Origin: Candidatus Latescibacterota bacterium
GTDB lineage: Bacteria; Latescibacterota; UBA2968; GCA-2709665
Length of the DNA stretch: 64,000 nt
Reading direction: 5' to 3'
NCBI GenBank assembly: GCA_965208835.1
Contig: OZ242358.1
Span: 64,001 to 128,000 of the forward strand
The position numbers were made by a program, and so were the translations under genes. Below the pieces are notes generated by a model that worked only from the letters and a program-made list of their open reading frames with translations, made no database searches and had not been told where the DNA came from. Positions 1 through 9,456 of the stretch are shown one piece after another. Every line of letters starts with the position of its first letter. Positions within the stretch are counted from its first letter, which is position 1.

Positions 1-139
1 GACCCTTCAGAGACACGGCGCGTTCGTGCGCAAACCCGCGGCGGCGCCTCTGGACAGGTTTTTCAGGGTGACCGTGGGGACACCGGAGGAGCGGCTGTTG
101 TTCGCCGGGATATTGAGGACGGTCCTGGCAACCCTCTGA
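1..139 (+). CDS. 3' end of a HisC-like PLP aminotransferase (partial)
   Basis: Frame 2 reads ...GAFVRKPAAAPLDRFFRVTVGTPEERLLF...L*, the typical class I/II aminotransferase C-terminal RxTVGTxEE motif. Confidence 0.6.
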   Translation, partial: TLQRHGAFVRKPAAAPLDRFFRVTVGTPEERLLFAGILRTVLATL

Positions 140-169
140 TAAAGCCCATCTGTTGCGGCGCATGAGTCG

Positions 170-196
170 GTACCGCGAACTGGCAGTTCGCGGTAC
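170..196. repeat. Palindrome GTACCGCGAACT-GGC-AGTTCGCGGTAC; partial second copy at 1121-1140
   Basis: 12-bp perfect stem; GGTACCGCGAACTGGCAGTT recurs exactly at 1121-1140. Confidence 0.7.
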
Positions 197-306
197 ATCG
201 CCGTCACAATTCGCTAGATACTATGCAGGTTCTTGATCCCGTAACGCGAATTGGTAATTCGCGGCATCAGCCAATTCGCGGCACCATGCAAACTGCGGAG
301 GCGAAT

Positions 307-1086
307 ATGGACGAACCGACAACGCTGGATCTGTTTCGACTGAACGGTCGTGTGGCGCTGATTACCGGAGGATCGAAGGGACTGGGAAAGGAAATGGCGC
401 TGGCGCTGGCCGAAGCGGGCGCCGTTACCGTGGTCTGTTCGAGAAACGGAGCGGACTGTGAAGCGGTTGCGGCGGAGATCGCGGCACATGCGGGTCAGGA
501 GAGCCTGGGCCTCGCCGCCGACGTGACCGTGGACGCGGAGGTGATCGGCCTGATGCAGGCGGTCACGGACCGGTTCGGGCGACTGGATGTTCTGGTCAAC
601 TGTGCGGGGATCAACATCCGGCATCCGCTGGATCGTTTTCCGGTCGATGAATTCCGGCAGGTCATAGAGACCAACCTGACCGGTTCCTGGCTCTGCTGCA
701 GGGCCGCGGGGCCGATCATGACGTCCCGGAAGAGTGGATCGGTGATCAACGTGGGGTCGACGCTGAGCGCCGTGGGTCTGGCGGAACGCTCGGCATATTG
801 TTCGTCCAAGGCCGGGGTCGCCGGCATGACCCGGGCGCTCGCGCTGGAGTGGGCGCCGTTCGGAGTCCGGTGCAACGCGCTTTGCCCGGGACCCTTTCTG
901 ACGGAGATCAACAGGCCGCTTCTGAAGACTCCCGACAAGGTGAAGAGTCTGCTCAGCCAGACGGCGTTCAATCGCTGGGGCGAGATGCGCGAGATCCGTG
1001 GCGCCGCGCTGTTTCTGGCCAGCGACGCGTCGACCTACGTGACGGGAACGTCGCTGTTCGTGGACGGAGGATGGACGGCTCGCTGA
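307..1086 (+). CDS. Short-chain dehydrogenase/reductase (gluconate 5-dehydrogenase/FabG-like)
   Basis: TGGSKGLG NAD-binding motif, NCAG, YCSSK catalytic YxxxK, C-terminal VDGG; GGAG RBS before ATG 307. Confidence 0.9.
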   Translation: MDEPTTLDLFRLNGRVALITGGSKGLGKEMALALAEAGAVTVVCSRNGADCEAVAAEIAAHAGQESLGLAADVTVDAEVIGLMQAVTDRFGRLDVLVNCAGINIRHPLDRFPVDEFRQVIETNLTGSWLCCRAAGPIMTSRKSGSVINVGSTLSAVGLAERSAYCSSKAGVAGMTRALALEWAPFGVRCNALCPGPFLTEINRPLLKTPDKVKSLLSQTAFNRWGEMREIRGAALFLASDASTYVTGTSLFVDGGWTAR

Positions 1087-1214
1087 TTCGCGCATGCGGC
1101 CGGCAACAGCGATACAGTGAGGTACCGCGAACTGGCAGTTTCCGGCGTTTGTTCAATCACCTTGCATTCAGTCCCCATAGGTTTCCCGGACAGTTCACCG
1201 AGACGGAATGTCCA

Positions 1215-2321
1215 ATGGAATGTTTCCCGACGAAGTTTTCACGATGGACGGTCAGCCTGGGCCTGGGGATCACGATGTTGATCGGGGTCCCCATTGCCGG
1301 GCAGGGGCCGCCGTTCTACGAGGATAAGATGGCGATGCTGGTCTACGTGGACGCAGGGGGCAGGGAACGGGCGATATCGAGTTCGAAGGACTGGGAAAAG
1401 CGGCGGGCCGACATTCTGGCGAATATGGAGAAAGTGATGGGACCCCTTCCCGACCGTTCCAGCCTGCCCGCGCTGGATATGGAGGTTGTGGGGACCGAGG
1501 ACCTGGGCGACGTGATCAGGAAGAAGGTCTCTTTCGTGTCGGAACCGGACGACCGCGTACCCGCGTACCTGCTTGTCCCGAAGGGCTTGAACGGCAAGGC
1601 ACCGGCGATGCTGTGCCTGCATCAGACAACGAAAATCGGGAAAGGCGAACCCGCGGGCGTGGGCGGCATCCCGGATCTTCACTATGCGCTGGAACTTGCG
1701 CGGAGGGGTTATGTGACGCTGGCGCCGGACTACGTGAATTTCGGAGACTACGAAATCGATCCATATCAAAATGGTTATGCCAGCGCCACGATGAAGGGGA
1801 TCTGGAACCATATGCGGGCCGTGGACCTGCTACAGTCGCTGCCGGAGGTGGATGCCGGGCGGATCGGATGTATCGGCCATTCCCTGGGCGGACACAATTC
1901 CATGTATCTGTCCGCGTTCGATCGGCGGCTGAAGGTCGTGGTGTCCAGTTGCGGGTTCAATTCGTTCTTCAAATATTATGGCGGCGACCTGACCGGCTGG
2001 AGCCATCGGGGGTATATGCCCCGCATTTCTGAGCGTTACGGCAAAGACCCGAATCGGATGCCGTTTGATTTCACGGAGGTCGTTGCCACCCTCGCGCCCC
2101 GGGGATTCTTCATAAACGCGCCGTTGCGTGATGCCAATTTTGAAGTGTCCGGCGTGAAGGACTGCGTCCGGGCGGCAGCGCCGGTTTACGCGTTACTTGG
2201 CGCCTCCGGCCGCCTGATGGCGGTACATCCCGATGCGGAACACGCGTTTCCGCCGGAAATTCGCGAGCAGGCTTATGCGTTTGTCGACGGCGCACTGAGG
2301 GCCGGCGGCCTGAAGGAGTGA
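1215..2321 (+). CDS. Alpha/beta hydrolase (dienelactone hydrolase/Abhydrolase_7-like), probable signal peptide
   Basis: GHSLGG nucleophile elbow, LARRGYVTLAPD, C-terminal His (EHAF); hydrophobic N-terminus. Confidence 0.8.
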   Translation: MECFPTKFSRWTVSLGLGITMLIGVPIAGQGPPFYEDKMAMLVYVDAGGRERAISSSKDWEKRRADILANMEKVMGPLPDRSSLPALDMEVVGTEDLGDVIRKKVSFVSEPDDRVPAYLLVPKGLNGKAPAMLCLHQTTKIGKGEPAGVGGIPDLHYALELARRGYVTLAPDYVNFGDYEIDPYQNGYASATMKGIWNHMRAVDLLQSLPEVDAGRIGCIGHSLGGHNSMYLSAFDRRLKVVVSSCGFNSFFKYYGGDLTGWSHRGYMPRISERYGKDPNRMPFDFTEVVATLAPRGFFINAPLRDANFEVSGVKDCVRAAAPVYALLGASGRLMAVHPDAEHAFPPEIREQAYAFVDGALRAGGLKE

Positions 2322-2361
2322 ACCCGATGCCACCTTTGGAATTTACGGCAGGGAGGTGAGA

Positions 2362-3696
2362 ATGGCCGACTTGAAACTGGAAAGGATCGAACGTTGGGCG
2401 CCGCATCCTTCTGCCGCGCCGCTGACTGAACAGGATGGAAATACGTTCGCTGCGGCGGCCAATGGAACACGGACGTGCGTGGGCGGCTGGCAGGCGATAT
2501 TCTCGGGGGTCGAACCGGGTCAGGCGCTCCGGGCGACCTGGGAGGCGGACTACAGATCTCTCGAACATCCCAGGGACACGCTGCGCTGCAAATCCTACTG
2601 GGGAGAGATGCCCCCCGACGACGCGACGGTGCCGATACATGAAATACAGGAATGGGACTATCTGCTGCCGGCGGCCGTCGGAACGCAAACGATCCGGTTC
2701 TCCCGTACGCTGACCGCGCCCGAAGGTACCAACCGTTTAACGCTGCGGTGTACGTTCCGGTGGGCAACCGCGGGCGAGTCCGAGTGGCATGTGCCCGAGG
2801 TTAAGGTTGTCGAGGCCCCGGAGACGCCCACCGCGATAAGGGTTGCGGTGGTAACGGGCAAGGCGGGATCACGGAAGGGACCCTATACCGCGGTTGCCGA
2901 AAATATCGACTATTATCTGCCCCTTTGCAAAGCCGCATGCAATTCGGGGCCGGATCTGATCGTCTTGCCGGAAATTGCCCTTCAGTGGGGGATTTCAGGG
3001 AGCCCCATCGACCTCGCGGTACCGCTTCCCGGCCCGGAAACGAAGCCGTTTGCGGACCTCGCCCGCCAACACGGGCTGTACCTGCTGCTGGGCCTGATTG
3101 AGCGGGACGGCGACGCGGTTCACAATACAGCGGCGCTGATCGGACCGGACGGAGCGGTGGACGGCAGGTATCGAAAGGTACATCTGGCCGTGGGCGGCGA
3201 GAGCGAATCCGGGATTCTTCCCGGCGACGGCTTTCCCATGTTCGATACGGTAATCGGGCGGATCGGATGCAATATCTGCATGGACAGCTCGGCAGCGGAA
3301 TCATCACGGATGGTGGGATTGAGCGGGGCGGATTTCCTCCTGCTGCCGATCATGGGCGATCACCGCGCCAGCAGGTGGAGTCAGGGAGCGCCCATCTTCA
3401 GTGAGGACCGCTGGAAGGCCATTATGCGGACCCGCGCGATGGACAACCAGGTCTGCATGGTGGTTGCCCGGAATACGACGCAGGGCAGCTGTATCGTGGA
3501 CAGAAAAGGCGACATCCTGGCTTGGAACGAGGGAGACGAGGATCACATTTTAGCAACGGTGGATCTGGCGGACGGATTTCGCACCTGGAACGGGGGTTGC
3601 TTCCGGGAGGTGAACTGGTTGCAGCGCCGTCCACATCTCTATGAAGCGTACAGTGACGAGTCGAACCAGGGGTCGCTGACAGGCGCGGTGTATTAG
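2362..3696 (+). CDS. Carbon-nitrogen hydrolase (nitrilase superfamily) with ~160 aa N-terminal extension
   Basis: Glu-Lys-Cys triad: LPEIA, YRKVHL, ICMD; RAMDNQ motif. Confidence 0.85.
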   Translation: MADLKLERIERWAPHPSAAPLTEQDGNTFAAAANGTRTCVGGWQAIFSGVEPGQALRATWEADYRSLEHPRDTLRCKSYWGEMPPDDATVPIHEIQEWDYLLPAAVGTQTIRFSRTLTAPEGTNRLTLRCTFRWATAGESEWHVPEVKVVEAPETPTAIRVAVVTGKAGSRKGPYTAVAENIDYYLPLCKAACNSGPDLIVLPEIALQWGISGSPIDLAVPLPGPETKPFADLARQHGLYLLLGLIERDGDAVHNTAALIGPDGAVDGRYRKVHLAVGGESESGILPGDGFPMFDTVIGRIGCNICMDSSAAESSRMVGLSGADFLLLPIMGDHRASRWSQGAPIFSEDRWKAIMRTRAMDNQVCMVVARNTTQGSCIVDRKGDILAWNEGDEDHILATVDLADGFRTWNGGCFREVNWLQRRPHLYEAYSDESNQGSLTGAVY

Positions 3697-3748
3697 AATC
3701 TGACCCCGATCGCCCGTATTCTCGACAAGAAACGGCGCATGAAGTCAT

Positions 3749-3778
3749 AAAGCCCGGCGGGAAATCCGCCGGGCTTTT
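3749..3778. terminator. Bidirectional intrinsic terminator
   Basis: AAAGCCCGGCGG-GAAAT-CCGCCGGGCTTTT between convergent genes. Confidence 0.8.
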
Positions 3779-3784
3779 CCTGTA

Positions 3785-4561
3785 TCAGGCCGGCTCCAGG
3801 TGTTTGAACAACAGAATGCCTGCGGCGACGGCCACATTGAGAGAATTTACACCTTCTGCCATGGGTATGGAGATGGCCTGGTGGACGTGTTGGCGAAGAT
3901 CGGCGTCGACACCGAAGGTCTCGTTGCCGAACAGAAATGCGATGCGGCCTTTCCGTTCCATCTCATAGAACGGCTTTCCCTGCAGTTCGGTGGACAGTAT
4001 ACGGACATCCCGCTGCCGCAGGTCTTCGATCAGCGCGTGAAGATCCTCGTTTCGAAAAGCGGGCAGGCGAAAGATGGAACCGCGGGAAGCGCGCACGACC
4101 TTGGAATTATAGAGCTCGACGGATCCGTGAGAGAGGAAAATGGCTGCCGCGCCGGCCGCCTCGGCGGTGCGGAAGACCAACCCCAGGTTGTTGGGGTCCC
4201 GCAACCGGTCGAAAAGCAGGAGAGGGCCTCCCGCATCCAGCGCCCGTTTCCGGTTCTGCGCTAGGTACCGTACCACGCCAATCACGCCCTCGGGATTCTG
4301 ATGTTCACCCATATTTCTGATCGCGCGGCGATCCGTCTGCTGGACGGTTATTTCCCGGCGCAGGGCCTCGCGGTGAAACTGCTGCAGGCGACTGTCGGCA
4401 TCGAGCATCTCCCGGTCGAAGATGAGCTGCACCACCGGCGCGTCTGAAAGGAGCGCCTCTTCCACGAGGCGAATGCCTTCGATAACGAACTGACGTTCGC
4501 GCTCTCGCGCCTTGCGATTCCTGATAAGCGCGAGGATCTTGCGGGCGTTTTTTACAGGCAT
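3785..4561 (-). CDS. TrmH/SpoU family RNA 2'-O-methyltransferase
   Basis: DPNNLGLVFRTA, FGNETFG and SLNVAVAAGI SPOUT motifs. Confidence 0.9.
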   Translation of the reverse strand: MPVKNARKILALIRNRKARERERQFVIEGIRLVEEALLSDAPVVQLIFDREMLDADSRLQQFHREALRREITVQQTDRRAIRNMGEHQNPEGVIGVVRYLAQNRKRALDAGGPLLLFDRLRDPNNLGLVFRTAEAAGAAAIFLSHGSVELYNSKVVRASRGSIFRLPAFRNEDLHALIEDLRQRDVRILSTELQGKPFYEMERKGRIAFLFGNETFGVDADLRQHVHQAISIPMAEGVNSLNVAVAAGILLFKHLEPA

Positions 4562-4572
4562 AGGAACTCTGA

Positions 4573-4757
4573 GAAGCTGTTTTAAAATTCCTGGTGAGTC
4601 TCGAGCGCGCGCGAAAATGTGTCGGTCAAGGCGGGCAAATTCGCCTATGAGAGGCGAGCTAGCGCAGCCTCGATCTCGTACGACGGGTGGATTTGACCAA
4701 CGCAGACCGACGCTTTTGCAGCCGCGCGAAGACCGCTGGGGGTTTTAAGACAGCTTC
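4573..4757 (+). mobile_element. MITE copy 1 (185 bp)
   Basis: TIRs GAAGCTGTTTTAAAA / TTTTAAGACAGCTTC; flanks TGA/CGA; homologous to three other copies. Confidence 0.85.
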
Positions 4758-4795
4758 CGAGACGCCGGACAACCGGCTTCCATTCTTCACGCCGT

Positions 4796-4966
4796 CTACT
4801 GGCGTTCGCCGGAATCGGCCTCGTGTTTTCGTTCGCGTATGGACTCACGCAGCCCCTGAAGTTCGGTCCATATCTCACGTTCGCGGCGTCCGAGTCCGAT
4901 AAAGTAAATGAGTATCACCGCCCATATAATCGCGTAGGCGGCAGCCATGTAACCGAGGTGTTGCAT
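4796..4966 (-). CDS. ccmD: CcmD-family heme exporter protein (56 aa, absent from ORF track)
   Basis: MQHLGYMAAAYAIIWAVILIYFIGLGRRERE...: one TM helix then charged tail; GGAGG RBS; directly after ccmC. Confidence 0.75.
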   Translation of the reverse strand: MQHLGYMAAAYAIIWAVILIYFIGLGRREREIWTELQGLRESIRERKHEADSGERQ

Positions 4967-5008
4967 AGGCATCCTCCGGAATCTCCCGACAGTTCGGGCC
5001 GAGGTCTG

Positions 5009-5707
5009 CTAAGCCCGTGTTTCCGTAACGCGGAAGCAGGCTTTCAAAGATTCAAGCTCTTCCCGGGCGAATTCGAGCGAGACGCGTCTGGCCAGAACAG
5101 CGGCCACGAGTACAAGAAACACCGCGGAGCAGAAGACGAACGCGACCAGCATGTCGGGCGGCAGTCCAATTTCCTCCGCCCGTACCACCTCGGGATGCTG
5201 GGTGCGCCACAGCCGCGTGGAGTAGTGGATGAGCGGCGCGTCGAGAAAGCCGATGATACCCAGAACCGCCCGGAATCTGGCGCTCTGCAGCGGGTCTTCA
5301 CTGTAACTCTTCAGCATCATGTAAGCGACGAAAATCAGCCAGAGGACCAGCGTGAGGGTCAACTGAGCGTCCCATACCCACCAGGCCCCCCAGACGGGTT
5401 TCGCCCAGATGGGACCGGTAAGGAGCACGAGCGTACAGAAGAGCAGCCCGACCTCCGCGGCGCAGGAAGCCCATATGTCCCACCGCTTTTCCGATCGAAC
5501 GAGGTACAGGATGCTGAAGACGAAGACAAGAAAAAAGGCGGCATACATCGCGAAAGCCGACGGCACGTGAAAGTAGAAGATTTTCTGGGCAAGACCCATC
5601 TGCCTTTCCACGCTCGCGTACACGAGCGCGAGCCAGGGCGCAACCAGCATACCGATCAGCGCCAACACACCCAGGATACGGGACCACAGATACAGTTGTT
5701 TCCCCAT
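5009..5707 (-). CDS. ccmC: Heme exporter/cytochrome c biogenesis protein CcmC
   Basis: IFYFHVP, WAKPVWGAWWVWD (WWD domain), WRTQHP. Confidence 0.92.
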   Translation of the reverse strand: MGKQLYLWSRILGVLALIGMLVAPWLALVYASVERQMGLAQKIFYFHVPSAFAMYAAFFLVFVFSILYLVRSEKRWDIWASCAAEVGLLFCTLVLLTGPIWAKPVWGAWWVWDAQLTLTLVLWLIFVAYMMLKSYSEDPLQSARFRAVLGIIGFLDAPLIHYSTRLWRTQHPEVVRAEEIGLPPDMLVAFVFCSAVFLVLVAAVLARRVSLEFAREELESLKACFRVTETRA

Positions 5708-5708
5708 G

Positions 5709-6449
5709 TCACTCCTCGATCACATAATCGAACAAGAGTACGCATGCGGCCACGAACAGAAGGGCGAATGCACCGCCGATATGTATCCAGGGGGAAATAT
5801 CGGATAGAGAATCGCCAGCCAGCACGGCCCGGAACGATTCGACGGCCGCGAGCAGGGCCGGGACCAGGACGGGAAGGGTGAGCATCGGCAGCAGGGCTTC
5901 CTGGAGGCGGGTCCTGATCGACATCGCTGCGAAAAGGGTGCCCACGGCCGCGAATCCGAGGGTCCCCAGCAACAGCCCGGGAAGCAGTCGGGGCAGGTGT
6001 TGCCAGACGGCGATATTCAGAAAAACAACCATAAGCGGAAGGATCAGGGCTTCCAGAAAGAGCATTGCGCACAGATTCGCCAGCATTTTGCCCAGGTAGA
6101 TCGCGCCGCGATCGGCGGGAGAAAGCAGAAGGCCCGTCAGGCAGTCGTTTTCACGTTCCGATACGAAGGAGCGCGTCAGGCCCATGAATCCGGCAAACGT
6201 TACGGCGATCCAGAAAATGCCGGGCGCGGCGCTTCCAATCGTCTCCGAGTCCGGCGTGAAGGCGAAATTAAAGACCAGAAGCACCAGAAACGCGAAAAAG
6301 CACATCGCGCTGAGACGCTCTTTCGTGCGAACCTCGGTCTTGAAGTCTTTCCAGAAAACTGCTGAAACCTGACGGAAGAAGAGGGCCAAAGGCGCTCCCG
6401 TTCCCGCGTTGCGCCGTGCATCGGAAATCGACGGATCCCTGTTACGCAC
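5709..6449 (-). CDS. ccmB: Heme exporter permease CcmB
   Basis: Six hydrophobic segments, SFVSERENDCL, LLPMLTLP; lies between ccmA and ccmC. Confidence 0.9.
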   Translation of the reverse strand: MRNRDPSISDARRNAGTGAPLALFFRQVSAVFWKDFKTEVRTKERLSAMCFFAFLVLLVFNFAFTPDSETIGSAAPGIFWIAVTFAGFMGLTRSFVSERENDCLTGLLLSPADRGAIYLGKMLANLCAMLFLEALILPLMVVFLNIAVWQHLPRLLPGLLLGTLGFAAVGTLFAAMSIRTRLQEALLPMLTLPVLVPALLAAVESFRAVLAGDSLSDISPWIHIGGAFALLFVAACVLLFDYVIEE

Positions 6450-7190
6450 TCATTCTGATGCCGGGATTGCGGAAGGATGTAGGGTCAGGGCTTTCTCGTA
6501 ACGATGTTCCAGGCTCTCGATCGACTGTCCGTCGGTTTCTCCCGCCGCGACAAAACGCCCACGGTTCAGGATCGTGAAACGATCCGCAAGATCCAGACAG
6601 CGTTGCAGATCGTGGGTCACCAGGATGACCGTACGGCCCTCCCGCCGAAGCTGGCGCAAACGCTCGCTCAACATGGCGCACGCGGCCGCGTCCAGCCCCG
6701 CGAACGGCTCGTCGAGAAGAAGAATCGCGGGCTGGTGCAGCGTGGCCCTGGCAACGGCGAGGCGCTGCTTCATGCCCCTCGAAAACCCGCGGACCCGGTC
6801 GTGTTCCCTGCCGGAAAGACCCACCTCCGCCAGCGCCTGACGCACGCGTTCTTTCAGGTCGTCCAGACCGTACAGACGGCCGTAGAAGCGCAGGTTCTCA
6901 CCTGCGGTCAGGTCTTCGTAGAGAAGGGTCTGGTGCGAGATGAGTCCGATGTCCGCCCGTACGCGCTCCGGCTCTTTGCGTGCGTCCACGCCCCGAATGA
7001 ATATCCGGCCGTGCGTGGGTCTGGTGAGGGTCGCAACAACCCGCAGGAGGGTCGACTTGCCTGCCCCGTTCGGGCCCAGAAGCGCAAGAGCGCCGCTCGG
7101 AATAACGAGGTCGATGCCGTCCAGGGCGGCGATGCGGCCGAACCGTTTTTGCACGTTTTCCAGAACGATGGCCGGAACGGACGAGGCCAC
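6450..7190 (-). CDS. ccmA: Heme exporter ABC ATPase CcmA
   Basis: GPNGAGKS, FSRGM signature, LLLDEP. Confidence 0.9.
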   Translation of the reverse strand: MASSVPAIVLENVQKRFGRIAALDGIDLVIPSGALALLGPNGAGKSTLLRVVATLTRPTHGRIFIRGVDARKEPERVRADIGLISHQTLLYEDLTAGENLRFYGRLYGLDDLKERVRQALAEVGLSGREHDRVRGFSRGMKQRLAVARATLHQPAILLLDEPFAGLDAAACAMLSERLRQLRREGRTVILVTHDLQRCLDLADRFTILNRGRFVAAGETDGQSIESLEHRYEKALTLHPSAIPASE

Positions 7191-7195
7191 AACGA

Positions 7196-8290
7196 CTAAC
7201 CTTCGCCGTCCAGGACGCGCGTCATTTCGACAAGTTCCGCTTTAAGGGCATTTCGCCGGGTCCGGTATTCTTCCTCCGGGAGGCGCCCCTTCTCGTACCG
7301 GTCATCCAAATCCGCGATCTGGTGCATCAGGGCGGTTCTGCGCGCCCGGAGGTCCGGCGCGCCATCGGCAGGCGCTCGCGCGGCGGAATCCGCTTTTCCG
7401 GCCGGGCGGAAGAAGATGGCAAGTAGCGCGCATGCGATCGCCAGCCCAATCAGCACCCACCTGATGCCGATATCACTCGACAATGCCGAAAAAGACCACG
7501 GCGACGTGTTTATTTCCAGGTCGATCCGGTCGCCCCGGTTGAAACCGGCCCCCGAGAACCTCCGAAAACTGTGTTGATCGACCGTGACTTCACCCCGGTC
7601 CTGGAGCGCGCCCGCGGTTACATCCACGTCCGCGGGACGCACAAAGACTTCCACGGACTTCGTGGGATAACTCACGGTCTGCGCCAGACGACCCGAGGCG
7701 GGCAGGTCAAAAACAAACGGCAAATGGCTGTGACCCGGGCGAACGGGGTCCGGATTCACGAGGATTTTGCCGTGGGTGTGAAGTCCCTGCGGACCGTCCC
7801 TCACTTCCGTCACGCCGTCAGGCAGGAGAACCTCCAGGCCGTGTCCGTGGCCCCCGCCGGTCCTGAACGTGCGGTTGCCACTGTTCTCTACAAACAGGAT
7901 CTGTTCAACCCGCTTTTCCGCCGCGTCGACGATGATGTGGTGAGAGACAACGGAGAGAGCGGTGTCCGAGCCGGTGGTTTCGTAGACGGCGATTTCATTG
8001 GGGCCGTCCGATAGACGCTGGTGGTAATTTACGCCCGCATAGGATGCCAAGAGAAACCAGAGCGCGCCATCGCCTCCAGCGTTCCGGAACGAGAATCGGC
8101 CGTGACTATCGGTGGTGTCCTGACCGACGATTTCAGGTTCGGCGGCCTGGCGAACCAGCAATACCACGCAGTCGTTCTGAGGGCTGGAAAGCGTCTCATT
8201 GATAACGCGGCCAACAACCAGGCCATTCGCAGGGATGGCGTGCGAAAGACCGATCAGCACAAAGGCGAAGCAGCGGAGACGTATGCTCAT
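7196..8290 (-). CDS. Membrane-anchored protein of ccm operon (signal peptide, beta-rich domain, TM, C-terminal LDD..GR.PEEEY...R helical motif)
   Basis: Operon position; C-terminal motif resembles the CcmI cytoplasmic segment. Confidence 0.6.
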   Translation of the reverse strand: MSIRLRCFAFVLIGLSHAIPANGLVVGRVINETLSSPQNDCVVLLVRQAAEPEIVGQDTTDSHGRFSFRNAGGDGALWFLLASYAGVNYHQRLSDGPNEIAVYETTGSDTALSVVSHHIIVDAAEKRVEQILFVENSGNRTFRTGGGHGHGLEVLLPDGVTEVRDGPQGLHTHGKILVNPDPVRPGHSHLPFVFDLPASGRLAQTVSYPTKSVEVFVRPADVDVTAGALQDRGEVTVDQHSFRRFSGAGFNRGDRIDLEINTSPWSFSALSSDIGIRWVLIGLAIACALLAIFFRPAGKADSAARAPADGAPDLRARRTALMHQIADLDDRYEKGRLPEEEYRTRRNALKAELVEMTRVLDGEG

Positions 8291-8375
8291 GGGTGTGATT
8301 CCGCGAGGGCCTTTCCGCATTGAGGACAGAAGCGAGCGCCCTCCGGCGTTGCGCGCCCGCACCGGGCGCAGTTGA

Positions 8376-8714
8376 TCATGTCTTTTTCCTGAGTGCGGCG
8401 ATTTGCTCTTCGATGCGGTCCTCGATTTTCTGCGTGGGACCGGCGGTTTCCTCGATAGCCCGCATCAGTTCCACGGCCCTGTTCTCGTAGCGTGAGCGGG
8501 TTGCGCGATAGTCGTCCTCTTCCACCTTCCCCATGCGATGGTCGAAATCCAGTTCGCGGATGGCGTCAAAGAGGGCTTCCCTTGCCTCAATGAGCTGGTT
8601 GCCACCACCGGATCCGGCATCCGTCTCTCCAATCCGGCCCCTCACGGTAAGGAACGGACGGAACAGGAAGATGCAGACAGCCGCGACAATGACGATGCAG
8701 ACCGCGACGCTCAC
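8376..8714 (-). CDS. Small CcmI-N-like membrane protein
   Basis: GTG start overlaps ccmH stop (GTGA); TM then AIRELDFDHRMGKVEEDDY motif. Confidence 0.65.
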   Translation of the reverse strand: MSVAVCIVIVAAVCIFLFRPFLTVRGRIGETDAGSGGGNQLIEAREALFDAIRELDFDHRMGKVEEDDYRATRSRYENRAVELMRAIEETAGPTQKIEDRIEEQIAALRKKT

Positions 8715-9175
8715 AGTTCCCGCTCCCTGAGTTCCTTCTCCAGCCTTTGTCTGTACGGATCGCCGGCCTCTGTCTCCGGGACCCTGCCGACCGCGGGAGC
8801 GGCCCGTTGACGCGACCAGTTGCGCAACACGGCCCCCAGTACAAAGGCGCCAAGCAGCAGAACCATGATGGGCATGATCCAGGCGGAAAGGTTGAAGCCC
8901 GAGGCGGGGGGCGTCACGTAGGCTTCCTGCCCGAATTCCGCAACAAAGCCCGCGATGATGGCTTCCCTGTCCTGACCCGCTTCCAGGGCTTCGGCAATGC
9001 GCGCTCTCTTTTGATCCGCCCAGCCGCATTCGCACTCGTCCAGCGGACGTCTGGGACACGTGCCGCAGAGACAGGCGAGGCCCTTTGCCACCTCTCTAAC
9101 CCGCTCCTGCGACACTTCGGCGGTTACCGAGCCCGCGATCGGGAGAAGCAGGAGCGCAGGGAGGATCAACCTCAT
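8711..9175 (-). CDS. ccmH: Cytochrome c biogenesis protein CcmH/CcmL
   Basis: Signal peptide, LACLCGTC motif, PP..GFNL.AWIMP then TM; follows ccmF. Confidence 0.8.
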   Translation of the reverse strand: MRLILPALLLLPIAGSVTAEVSQERVREVAKGLACLCGTCPRRPLDECECGWADQKRARIAEALEAGQDREAIIAGFVAEFGQEAYVTPPASGFNLSAWIMPIMVLLLGAFVLGAVLRNWSRQRAAPAVGRVPETEAGDPYRQRLEKELREREL

Positions 9176-9270
9176 CACATGAACGGAGAGCCGGGGAAAG
9201 ACCGCGCCGGCTGTCTCCCGCGTCCCATCTACAGTTGATTGTTTTATCTTTTTCAGGTTGAATCCCTTCA

Positions 9271-9456
9271 GGAGTTGGTTTAAAACTTCCAGTGCGTTCC
9301 CGAGCGCGTGCGAAAGGGTGTCGGGCAAGGCGGGCGAATTCGCGCAAGAGAGGCGAGCGAGCGCAGCCTCGACCTCTCGATACTGGTGAATTTGGCCAAC
9401 GCAGCCCGACGCGTTTGCAGCCGCGCGAAGACCGCTGGGAGTTTTCATCCAGCTCC
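9271..9456 (+). mobile_element. MITE copy 2 (186 bp, degenerate ends), inserted at the ccmF stop codon
   Basis: GGAGTTGGTTTAAAA...TTTTCATCCAGCTCC; flanks TCA/TTA; interior matches copy 1. Confidence 0.8.
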
